A stretch of DNA of 64,000 nt from an uncultured virus (IMG/VR IMGVR_UViG_3300005526_000008) (lineage: Duplodnaviria > Heunggongvirae > Uroviricota > Caudoviricetes), in the IMG/VR virus record IMGVR_UViG_3300005526_000008, positions 1 to 64,000 of that record. One strand, written 5' to 3'. The translations under genes and the position numbers were made by a program. Each line of letters starts with the position of its first letter. Within the stretch, counting starts at the first letter, position 1. Positions 56,901 through 64,000 of this stretch are shown here, piece after piece. A model generated the notes under the pieces. The model made no database searches. It was not told where the DNA came from and saw nothing but the letters and a program-made list of their open reading frames with translations.

Positions 56901-57380
56901 CCACTCGACATGCGCATCGGTCGCGCCGCCATCCTTGCCGTGGGAGGCTATGATCTGCCCTTTTGAATGGTGCAGTTGGTTGATGTCGTCCCTGAACTTG
57001 ACGGTCTTGCCGACATGATCGTGGATGTGGCTGACCCAGTTGTTTAACGCCTTTCTCCGGCGCTGCCCCAGGTCGGTGGTGGGTTCAGGACCGTGCGCGG
57101 GCGGCGGCCCGTGAAACTGCTGTGGCTTCGGCGCCGGCGAAGGCGCGGCCGATTTGGGCGCCACGGAGGGACGCGGAGCCGCCGCTGCCGGGGGTGGCGT
57201 TTTGAAGGCTGTCCGCGGTGCAGACGCGGCGGTTGAACGGAATCTGCGCCGCATCGCCCCGGCAATACGCGCCCCTTTGCCTCGCATAAGCATGCCGGCC
57301 GCGATACCACCACCCGCCAATAACCCGGCCCCAGCAATCCTGGACGCCCAACCGGGTTTGTCAGGCTCCCGCTTTTTCAT
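53991..57380 (-). CDS. large basic modular protein with JAB/MPN-like module
   Basis: 1129 aa, ATGA-coupled to portal; very basic; linker-separated modules; HNHP...SSAD. Confidence 0.8.
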   Translation of the reverse strand: MKKREPDKPGWASRIAGAGLLAGGGIAAGMLMRGKGARIAGAMRRRFRSTAASAPRTAFKTPPPAAAAPRPSVAPKSAAPSPAPKPQQFHGPPPAHGPEPTTDLGQRRRKALNNWVSHIHDHVGKTVKFRDDINQLHHSKGQIIASHGKDGGATDAHVEWAKNIVEPIVAGEPIGLKKRDTTGLLSAAEHQQRVAAARSPRHHAETAISVRQGSTGAPSKAAIGLFRQGQQRSDTRASRSVWDTRGTEQAVGSMNARFKLHLPQAYRSTLPESLLPYPMGRPLLAEALAEPPKKKGKQKVGPHRDLTIENPSTFTEAMRHPRMVEILRRSIGVVRDHQKGAVEYGYKKGLIPKGTPPGLAARAYKHAALMAVHKVGVGHYDFAMDATMQRELEPLRLFMQYAHRRVFDRLHTENQPETFEPFKREFGKKFSSRKHGKLTGTERYRMSPNNVFIKRAPLTRVLRIAGQHIGDLIRRPTAIGKKPSFPEIKRDLLRANALRRERLIITDPKGHVSHRVTGRPYSTQVKMPIKGFRDFQGSNTFHNHPTKIPPGASSADYSFSMALGATPEKPHTIITPHHRAITRYFSSLKHGVGLKTRYTSGKVEQQGDFPRSRKAPQLGKKNEGAMRKGWTNATGVINAPGRGPTDQPGDQPPGKIHHARLKQAMKHGHGIRLSLSGPVPEPPGGLPPPAHPGLHVKHAAREVERHFGVGKISGAAGLRKDFDDFMLADPGYSPGFSYTDNPALLLRRSMRPRIRRRRQGLRLNTQKHMRRALSGGITRHERWLLGVKPARWEASKSGDSADARLQKGIIGSAMNFGATHLKPLLGQISGAATRAKGAIGSGFKRAGSAIAGSRGGQAIAGKAKQLAATPRGQRIVGSSRVQALHHEAKAFRGGGFREGVMANVGGFTGAALGGHRGAKLGRTVGFAAEYAPYAYAGAKAAQHFMGGKDKEKAVEKISPRMMFGAGVAAVAARRAAAKLATHPRVAPVVNELRAQGTMKTPLWRLGRLTGAAIAGEKGARIGGHVGRTLEIAPIVAGGTHILINRKKRQQETKKQIDRLKAMPGQLVMGKNSPARDIYTSDLNETVRAHLRSISGGGYSPHQLAQVRAILAASRRHTQSRAQPAAQQSQ

Positions 57381-59155
57381 TTGCCGCGCTTTGCCGACCT
57401 CAACTGCGCCGCATGTTTGTGCGCCATCTGCTCGCCGTGCGCCAAGGCTGCTTTAACGCCGGGATGTTCATGGAAAGGCACGACATTCGATCCGGCAGCG
57501 TCCACCATTTGACCTTCAGCGCCCACCATGGCGCCCGTCATTTGGCCATTTGCCGGAGTTTCGGCGCCGTTTGCCGGAGTTTGCGGCGCGATCCCCAGCG
57601 CCTCGATGATCTCCGGCGGCAGGCCCTGCACGAGTTCGTCGACCGATGGGTCGCCCTCGCCGGGCGCGCCGCCCAGTCCGGCCATCTCCTGGCCCGGCAT
57701 CGTCGGCTGCGGCAGGCCGGTGACGTCCCAGCCGTTCGCGATGATCTTCTTGATGCCCTCGATCGAGAGGAAGCCCATCGGGCCGATGCCGCGCACGAAG
57801 GGCGGCACGCCGAGCGGTTCCATGCCGCGCTCGGTGCGGATGTCGTCGAGCGAGATCGCGCCCTCGTTGACCAGGACGACGTCGCGCTGTTCCTTCTCCG
57901 CGGGGTCGACTTTTCTGAAATCGTCCCACACCATCTCGATGTCCGGAAACCCGAACCAATCGGCAATGATGTAGTCGAGGAGACTCTTTATCCACGTCAT
58001 AAGTGGGGCGAGGCCCTCCTGCAGGGCCTGTTCGTACATCGTCTCGCCGGTCGCGCGGTTGACCAGGCGAACGAACGGGGTCGGCGGCAGCGAGAAGCAG
58101 AAGGCGATGATACGCGCCAGCCACTCGTCAAACTGGTCGACCAGCGCCTCGGGCGAGCGGGTCATCACCGGGGTCACGCCGCCCGGGGCAAAGCGCATCT
58201 TCCGCCGGGTTACCGCGTCGTTGACGATGGTGTCCCAATAGGCTTGGAACTCGGCGATCTGTTGCGTGGTCCAGGTCGGAGGCACCTGCCACACCGCGTC
58301 GGGGATGGTGCCGTCGGTGAAGTAGGCGAGTTGCTGCGCCTGACGCCGCAGGCCGATATTCGCGGTGACCAGCACCTGCTCAACCGGGCTGCAGCCGTAG
58401 ACCTTGTTCACCCGCCGGTTGCGCGGCGCGTAGATCATGTCCTCCTTGGAGAACTCGGCCGCGACGATGCCCTTCATGACCTGTTGGTAGGCTGGCCCGT
58501 CGAGCGGGGTGCGGCCGTCGTAGTTGAGCAGCGGCTTGATCATCGAGCCGTCGATGAGCTCAAAGCCGACCGTCTCGCCGCCGCGGTTCTTCTTGCGCAC
58601 GATGGTCGCGGCATCGATGACCAGGTGTTCCTCGACGAGTTGCGACACCCATTGCTGCCAGCCGATCTCACCGTCGGGGCGCTCGAAAATGGCCTCGAGC
58701 TGGCGACAGCGGTCGTCGGTCTTGGGCCGCGACGCCTGATCGCCCTGCTTCTTCGGCATGATCGACTTCTTGAGGTTGCCGATCTGGTCCTTGCGGGTTT
58801 CGATGGCGAGGCGGATCAGGTCGTAGCCGCCCACGGCCGGGTCGGCGATGGCGCGCAGGCTTTCGAAGTTGATCGGCTCGAAGGAGCGCGGCGTATAGAT
58901 AGTATTGTACGAAGTGGGGTAATCGAAACGCCGACCACCCGCCCCGGGCGCCACGGGATCGAGCGGCCGGCCCGGCGGAAAGAACGGCAGTTCCGTAGAC
59001 CCTGCCTGCCCCATCCCCAACCAGGTTCGCATCTGCCCGGAAATCCGCTGTATCAGTCCCGCCTCGACCGGGGTTGATGGGGCGTTGTCGCGGTTCATTC
59101 CCGGCAGGTTCATCGGCCGGTGCGGCATGTTCCAGGAACTAGGCGTGAGCGCCAC
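57377..59155 (-). CDS. portal protein
   Basis: YDLIRLAIETRKDQ, LVIDA, YQQVMKG, VYGCSPVEQ, YFTDGTIPD, DEWLARIIAFCF. Confidence 0.9.
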   Translation of the reverse strand: MALTPSSWNMPHRPMNLPGMNRDNAPSTPVEAGLIQRISGQMRTWLGMGQAGSTELPFFPPGRPLDPVAPGAGGRRFDYPTSYNTIYTPRSFEPINFESLRAIADPAVGGYDLIRLAIETRKDQIGNLKKSIMPKKQGDQASRPKTDDRCRQLEAIFERPDGEIGWQQWVSQLVEEHLVIDAATIVRKKNRGGETVGFELIDGSMIKPLLNYDGRTPLDGPAYQQVMKGIVAAEFSKEDMIYAPRNRRVNKVYGCSPVEQVLVTANIGLRRQAQQLAYFTDGTIPDAVWQVPPTWTTQQIAEFQAYWDTIVNDAVTRRKMRFAPGGVTPVMTRSPEALVDQFDEWLARIIAFCFSLPPTPFVRLVNRATGETMYEQALQEGLAPLMTWIKSLLDYIIADWFGFPDIEMVWDDFRKVDPAEKEQRDVVLVNEGAISLDDIRTERGMEPLGVPPFVRGIGPMGFLSIEGIKKIIANGWDVTGLPQPTMPGQEMAGLGGAPGEGDPSVDELVQGLPPEIIEALGIAPQTPANGAETPANGQMTGAMVGAEGQMVDAAGSNVVPFHEHPGVKAALAHGEQMAHKHAAQLRSAKRGK

Positions 59156-59437
59156 TTAACGGGCGCCGAAGACGGTGGTGGCGCCGGTGATCGCGATCAC
59201 GCGCTTGCAGGCAATGTCGTATTTGACCCCGGCGGTCACCGCCAGAGTGATCACCGAGGAGCTTTCCTTGGGCTCGAAGGTGATGGTGCCGGTGGCGTCG
59301 ACCATGAACCCGGAGATCCAGGTGATGTTGCCGGCCGGGGCGACGCGTTGTGGCAGGTTGGGCCCGGTGATCGGCCCGGCCGAGGGCGTCACCACGAACA
59401 TCTGGGTCCAGCGGTCTGAATAAAGCGGATCGGGCAT
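59156..59437 (-). CDS. small structural protein, head-spike base-like
   Basis: VTPS...G.I....AGVKYDIACKRVIAITGAT resembles the RcGTA Rcc01079 family. Confidence 0.5.
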   Translation of the reverse strand: MPDPLYSDRWTQMFVVTPSAGPITGPNLPQRVAPAGNITWISGFMVDATGTITFEPKESSSVITLAVTAGVKYDIACKRVIAITGATTVFGAR

Positions 59438-59495
59438 CAGCTCTGCTCCAGGAAGCGGCTATGTCCGCGACCATAGGCAGCGATGTTCGTTTATT

Positions 59496-59831
59496 TCAAG
59501 GATATGGCCATTTTTGCCTTGCCAGTTGCGCCCGCGAGACCATCCAGAGCTCGTTGGCCAGCGGCACCGGGTCGATCCCCAGGCGCTCCCACCACGCCAG
59601 TTCGTTGCCCGCATTCTCCACCGCGTCGTGGCAGCGGCGACAGATTGGAATAACCCAACAATCGCCGGATTTCAGCCCCCTTGCCCGAGGCTGCATGAAT
59701 TTCAGATGATGCGGATCGGAAGGTGGGGCGGCACCACAGACGATGCATCGCAGAGTGCAGACGAAGACGAGATGATCTCGCGAACGTGGTCGAGCCGGCT
59801 TCTCAATCAACACCGAGGCACGTGCTTCCAA
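59496..59831 (-). CDS. DUF968/HNHc-like Zn-finger nuclease
   Basis: HLVFVCTLRCIVCG...DPHH...GLKSGDCWVIPICRRCH. Confidence 0.75.
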   Translation of the reverse strand: MEARASVLIEKPARPRSRDHLVFVCTLRCIVCGAAPPSDPHHLKFMQPRARGLKSGDCWVIPICRRCHDAVENAGNELAWWERLGIDPVPLANELWMVSRAQLARQKWPYP

Positions 59832-60355
59832 ATTCTTCCAGCGCGGATTGACCAGATCATTGGTTGTCCAACGCCATACCTGCGCGCAAGCGTTCGTTGG
59901 CTGTCAGTAGATGAGCAGATTTCTCGGATCTTCTGTTCCGTGAGGTTGCTTCGGTACAAGGGATGATCAGTTCCTCGTGGTATGCGGCCGTGCCGATCGC
60001 GATCATCAGAATTTTCGAGCGCCGTTGCCCATCGAAGATTGCCTTTGTGGCAGTTGCGACTGTTTCCATCCCAATGAGCCGTCTGATGAAAGCGACTTGG
60101 TCGCGGTCCATGAAAGGCTTCACAAACCAAAACATGCGCAGTGACGTATCGCTTTTCACAATTTCGCTGAAGCCCGTATTGAAAATACCGTCCGTTCCAT
60201 CGGGGCTTAATGATCTTGCCGGCCTTGCTATTTGATCCGTCGCGCTCACGACGAAGGTGTCCATACTCACTCACACCATAATTGTCGTTCCATTCCACAA
60301 CGCGCCATTCCGCATCGGGTGGAACCGGATCAGCCGGAGTGTTGTTTTTGCTCAT
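59807..60355 (-). mobile_element. NUMOD4-HNH homing endonuclease gene
   Basis: EWR...YGVSEYGHLR (NUMOD4); HVLVCEAFHG...HWDGNSRNCHKGNLRWAT (HNH); lower GC than flanks. Confidence 0.85.
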
Positions 60356-60358
60356 AAA

Positions 60359-60670
60359 TTATTCGACGCTCCACTCACGATAGGGCGGCCCGCGTACCAC
60401 CGGATAGAGGACCAACTGAAATTTGTCGTCCTCGGTGGTGATCTGGGCAATCATCTGGCCGCCGCACATGAGGCAGCTCAGATGCTGTCGCCATTCCAAC
60501 CGGCTATAAATCGTCTGCCCGCTGCAGAAACCGCAGGTGATCCAGCCCGGCGTGAGCCCTATCTGCTGGCGTTTGGCGAATTCCCCGCGGGCGTATTGGC
60601 GCCGCCGGCCGACCTCGAACATCGAGCGCAAATGCCCCAGCGGATCCTTGCCATGCTCGCTACTCATCAT
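60359..60670 (-). CDS. small zinc-ribbon protein
   Basis: CGFC and CLMC pairs; GGAGAGG site. Confidence 0.55.
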   Translation of the reverse strand: MMSSEHGKDPLGHLRSMFEVGRRRQYARGEFAKRQQIGLTPGWITCGFCSGQTIYSRLEWRQHLSCLMCGGQMIAQITTEDDKFQLVLYPVVRGPPYREWSVE

Positions 60671-60992
60671 CCTCTCCGAACCGGTAGCCGGTTTCGTTGA
60701 CGGATATCAGCGCGAGATAGGCCGTTCCGCCCATCGCTTCCACGACTTTGTAGTTCCAGATGCTGTCGTCGATCAGTTCGCGGGCCACCGCGCGCAACCA
60801 CGCCGCGGTGTCGTTCTGCACCTGCTTGTCGCGATAGCCGCCGAAGGTGACGAATTCAGAGGCGCCGCCCTCGTAGGCCGGGGCTATCCCCTCGAGGGCG
60901 GCGTTCTGCGGATCGGCCATGCACGCGGCAACCTTGGCATCGCATTGATGTACCAACGCGTGCCACTTGCCGATGATGACCGGGTCGGTCAC
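60660..60992 (-). CDS. hypothetical protein
   Basis: GTGA overlap with upstream stop. Confidence 0.55.
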   Translation of the reverse strand: MTDPVIIGKWHALVHQCDAKVAACMADPQNAALEGIAPAYEGGASEFVTFGGYRDKQVQNDTAAWLRAVARELIDDSIWNYKVVEAMGGTAYLALISVNETGYRFGEDDE

Positions 60993-61366
60993 CTGCGGTG
61001 CTCGACGACTGGCGTGCCTTCGCCGATGCGACGGATTTCCAGCACCCGCTTACGGGCCACGAAGCGTTCGGCGATCTTCTGCATCGCCTCGGCGTTCTCG
61101 CTTTCCGGCTCAAGCACGGTGGGGGTGAAGGTGATGCCCTTCTCGTCGATAGAGATCGCGTGGGCCTCGACGATGGTCTCGAGCCCGCGCTCGCGGATTT
61201 CCTCCGGCAGGTCGGGGTCGTCCGGCAGGCGCTGGAGGTAGCGGATGCGCACCAGTTCGCGCGCCGGGCAGGCGACCTTGAACAGGTCGAAATCGGCGGC
61301 GTCGGGGGGTAGCGGTAGCTCGGGCGGTTCGCCCATCTCGCGTCTCCGCGATGCGTTACTCATCAC
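60989..61366 (-). CDS. hypothetical protein
   Basis: AGGAGA site; high GC3. Confidence 0.6.
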   Translation of the reverse strand: MMSNASRRREMGEPPELPLPPDAADFDLFKVACPARELVRIRYLQRLPDDPDLPEEIRERGLETIVEAHAISIDEKGITFTPTVLEPESENAEAMQKIAERFVARKRVLEIRRIGEGTPVVEHRR

Positions 61367-61391
61367 ATTCTCCTATACCATGATTACTGCC

Positions 61392-64000
61392 TCACGCCAT
61401 CATCATGACGCGCGCTTGGCTGGCGAGGGCCTGGGTTCTGGCCGAAACGGCGACGTGACCCGCACCAGCAATGTCAACGCCCATGAAGATGGTTCGTGCC
61501 GAACCAATCTGGACGTTGCCCTGGCCGACGATGATCGCCGAAACCGGGCACATCGCATAGGCGGTGAAGCCGCCGCCGCCGACGCCGTCGATCTGCGTGG
61601 CTGCGACCTGGCGGGTGTTGCCCCTGACGGTGACGCTGGCCTGAGCGTCGATGGTAACGACGGCAGCACGCAACGCCGTAGCGTTGACGTTGACCGCGCC
61701 CTGTCCGGCGATCGCGATTGTCGCGAACTGCGCCTTGTAGGCATCGACGGCCACGCTGCCCTGGGCCGCGATCGATGTGGCGCCGTAGGTGATGCGCGCG
61801 GCATCGATGCTGACGCTGGCCTGGGCCGCGATCGCGCTGGCCGCGACCATGCGCTGGGTGGTGGAGATGCTGACCGTGGCCGAGGCCGCGATCGCGGTGG
61901 TGCCTTCCTGCCGCCCTTGCTGGATTGCGTTGACGAGGAGGGTGCCGACGCCGCCGATCGAGACCGTGGCGAACTGGCGTACGCCGGCGGCGATGCTGAC
62001 TGTGCCCAGTCCAGCAACCGCCACCGCCGTAACTTGGGTCAGGACGCTGCCGGCACTAACCGCGCCCTGCGCGGCCGTCGCCACCGCCGCCGGGCGTATA
62101 CCGCCGGCGGCAGCACTGACCGCGCCGACGCCAACGATCGAGGCGGCTGCGGGTTGCGCTTCACCCCCCGCGCCGAGGACGTTGCCGACGCCGGCGACGC
62201 TGACGGCAGCGAATTGGAGCTGCGCGGCCGCGACGCTGACCGCGCCCTGGCTGTCGATCGATGCTATGGCTGGTGAGCTGCGCCGCGCGTCGACCGCGAC
62301 GTTGCCCAGGCCGCCGATCGTGATGGTCGCTGTCTGCACGCCGGCCGCTGCGGCACTTGCGGCGAACGCCCCAAGGCCCGCGATGGTCGTGGCGGCCGGT
62401 AGGTTCAGGACGGCGGAGGCGGCGACGCTGCCGGTGGCCGCGATCGCGATTGCTGCCGGTAGATTAAGGGTGGCGGATGCCGTGATGCTGCCGACGCCAG
62501 CGATCGTCGTGGCGGCGGTGTAGGAAACCGCCCCGCTGACGAACTGCGCATCAGCCGTGACGTTGCCGACGCCCGCGATGCTGGCCGTGGCATAGATCAG
62601 CTTGCCGGCCGAGGCCGCGACACTGCCAACGCCGCCGATCGTCGCCGCGGCATAGACGATCTTGCCGGCATCGACCGCAACGCTGCCCTGTCCGGCAATC
62701 GGGATCGTCGCGAACCGGCGCGCGATCGCGTCAACGCTGACCGCGGCCTGGCCCGCAATGGCGACATTGCCCGGCTGCGAGCCGGCCGAATTCGCGCCGA
62801 ACGCGCCAACGCCAGCGATCGCGATCGTCGCGAACTGCCGTTGTATCGCCGTGACGCTGACGGTGCCGAAACCCGGGATGCCAGCGGCAGCAGCTTCCGG
62901 CGTTACGGCAGCGGCGCTGACGTTGCCGACGCCCGCAATCGTCGTCGCAGCATAAATCAGCTTGCCGGCCGCTACCCCGACGGTACCGACACCGGCGCTC
63001 GTGCTGGCCGCCACCATGCGCTGGATAGCGGCAACGCCGACTGCGCCCAGGCCGGCGCTCGTGCTGGCGGCCGGCTGCGCCCTGATGGCATTGATCGCAA
63101 CGCTGCCAATGCCAGCACTCGTGCTGGCCGCGACCTGACGCTGGACGGCAGACGCCGCGACGTTGCCAATGGCCGCGATAGTGACGGCAGCGGTCCATAC
63201 AGTGCCTGCTGGGGCTACCTTGGTCGCGTCGACCGCGATGCTGGCGACGCCCGCGATCGTCGTGGCGCCATAGGAAACTTGCCGTGCGCTGACGGCAACG
63301 TTTCCCGTCGCGGCCATGCTCGCCACAGGTTCGATAGTTGCCGGCAAAGCAGATAGGGGAATCAGGCCTGCCGCTGTGGGTAAGGGAGCATAGAATTGGA
63401 TTGACCGGACGGCGACATAGCCGCCTTGGATTGGTCTGTGATCGAATATTGCCGCCTTGAAGGAGTCCGCTGTCGGACGGTCCGCATCGATCAAAGTCAA
63501 AGCGATGGGGGTGGAATAGCCGTTGATGTCGGCTTCGAGACGGTTCGCGGTGACGGTGTAGGCCGTCACGTTGATCGCGCCGACGGCGGAATTGGCTGCG
63601 CCTAAGATGTCGCCGTAGGCCGGACCGCCCCATGTAGAAACGTCGAGATGGCTAGAGGCGCCAGGGGCGAAGGGGGTTAAGTCAATTTCCACGCCGTTGT
63701 CGCCGGACGGCGAAAAAACAGAAAGAACCACACATCCGGTAGATGATCCTGAAATATTTTGACCGGTTTGGGTGTGGACGGTTCGCACCGTCGTAGCTGT
63801 CAGCAGTAAGTTACGGGCTTCGCCGATGAAAGCCGCGGACATCGTTGGCAGATAGCCGTCGGGGGTCAGTTCGGCGCTGTTGTAGCCCGTAGTCGTCCAG
63901 CCGGCGTCCGCGAGCGGGTCGTTGCCGACGAGGGTGTTGATGCCGACGACGCCGACCCCTTGCACCCAAGCTCGGCCCTGTGGAGATCCTCCGATGAAGT
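61392..64000 (-). CDS. Ala/Val/Gly-rich repeat fibre-like protein, probably 5'-truncated by window edge
   Basis: Frame is open to base 64000; many roughly 22-aa repeats of type AATTIAGVGSVAVxA from about 61450 to 63350. Confidence 0.75.
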   Translation of the reverse strand, partial: FIGGSPQGRAWVQGVGVVGINTLVGNDPLADAGWTTTGYNSAELTPDGYLPTMSAAFIGEARNLLLTATTVRTVHTQTGQNISGSSTGCVVLSVFSPSGDNGVEIDLTPFAPGASSHLDVSTWGGPAYGDILGAANSAVGAINVTAYTVTANRLEADINGYSTPIALTLIDADRPTADSFKAAIFDHRPIQGGYVAVRSIQFYAPLPTAAGLIPLSALPATIEPVASMAATGNVAVSARQVSYGATTIAGVASIAVDATKVAPAGTVWTAAVTIAAIGNVAASAVQRQVAASTSAGIGSVAINAIRAQPAASTSAGLGAVGVAAIQRMVAASTSAGVGTVGVAAGKLIYAATTIAGVGNVSAAAVTPEAAAAGIPGFGTVSVTAIQRQFATIAIAGVGAFGANSAGSQPGNVAIAGQAAVSVDAIARRFATIPIAGQGSVAVDAGKIVYAAATIGGVGSVAASAGKLIYATASIAGVGNVTADAQFVSGAVSYTAATTIAGVGSITASATLNLPAAIAIAATGSVAASAVLNLPAATTIAGLGAFAASAAAAGVQTATITIGGLGNVAVDARRSSPAIASIDSQGAVSVAAAQLQFAAVSVAGVGNVLGAGGEAQPAAASIVGVGAVSAAAGGIRPAAVATAAQGAVSAGSVLTQVTAVAVAGLGTVSIAAGVRQFATVSIGGVGTLLVNAIQQGRQEGTTAIAASATVSISTTQRMVAASAIAAQASVSIDAARITYGATSIAAQGSVAVDAYKAQFATIAIAGQGAVNVNATALRAAVVTIDAQASVTVRGNTRQVAATQIDGVGGGGFTAYAMCPVSAIIVGQGNVQIGSARTIFMGVDIAGAGHVAVSARTQALASQARVMMMA

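Noticed and set aside
8073..59077. Many long plus-strand ORFs over the virion module (for example 24044-26509, 40464-42449, 46166-48037)
   Set aside because: Antisense shadows of high-GC3 minus-strand genes, with no recognisable motifs.
1..64000. tRNA genes, integrase or att sites, alternative genetic code
   Set aside because: None recognised; genes are intact under the standard code and all three stop codons are used.

Overview
The window is a 64 kb segment of a high-GC tailed phage, probably a siphovirus (tail tube and long tape measure present, no sheath seen). Its host is probably an alphaproteobacterium, judged from the RcGTA-like tail-tip genes and a CTTG-N-CATAT promoter. Bases 1-7.4 kb (+) hold the 3' end of an SSB-like gene and a train of small early-type genes ending at a terminator. 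Bases 7.9-59.4 kb (-) hold the virion module: portal, MuF head morphogenesis protein, prohead protease, two acidic scaffold-like proteins, major capsid, neck, tail tube, frameshifting tail chaperone, tape measure, GTA-like tail tip, a paralogous fibre array and a GH25 endolysin. Upstream lie two nucleases and a truncated Ala-rich repeat protein. No terminase, integrase, tRNA or CRISPR array was seen. The main observation is in the head module. The prohead protease is the N-terminus of a 1570-aa polyprotein, and it and three neighbours (1649 aa, 1129 aa, and the N-terminal extension of MuF) read as strings of cationic, glycine-zipper or amphipathic peptides and small domains. These modules are separated by recurring K-x4-G-x-[LM]-x-K or [LMIV]-x-K linkers that resemble the PLTK site near the N-termini of the capsid protein and the protease. 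I infer a protease-processed virion cargo system; this is untested. All family assignments come from motif recognition by eye, not from database searches.
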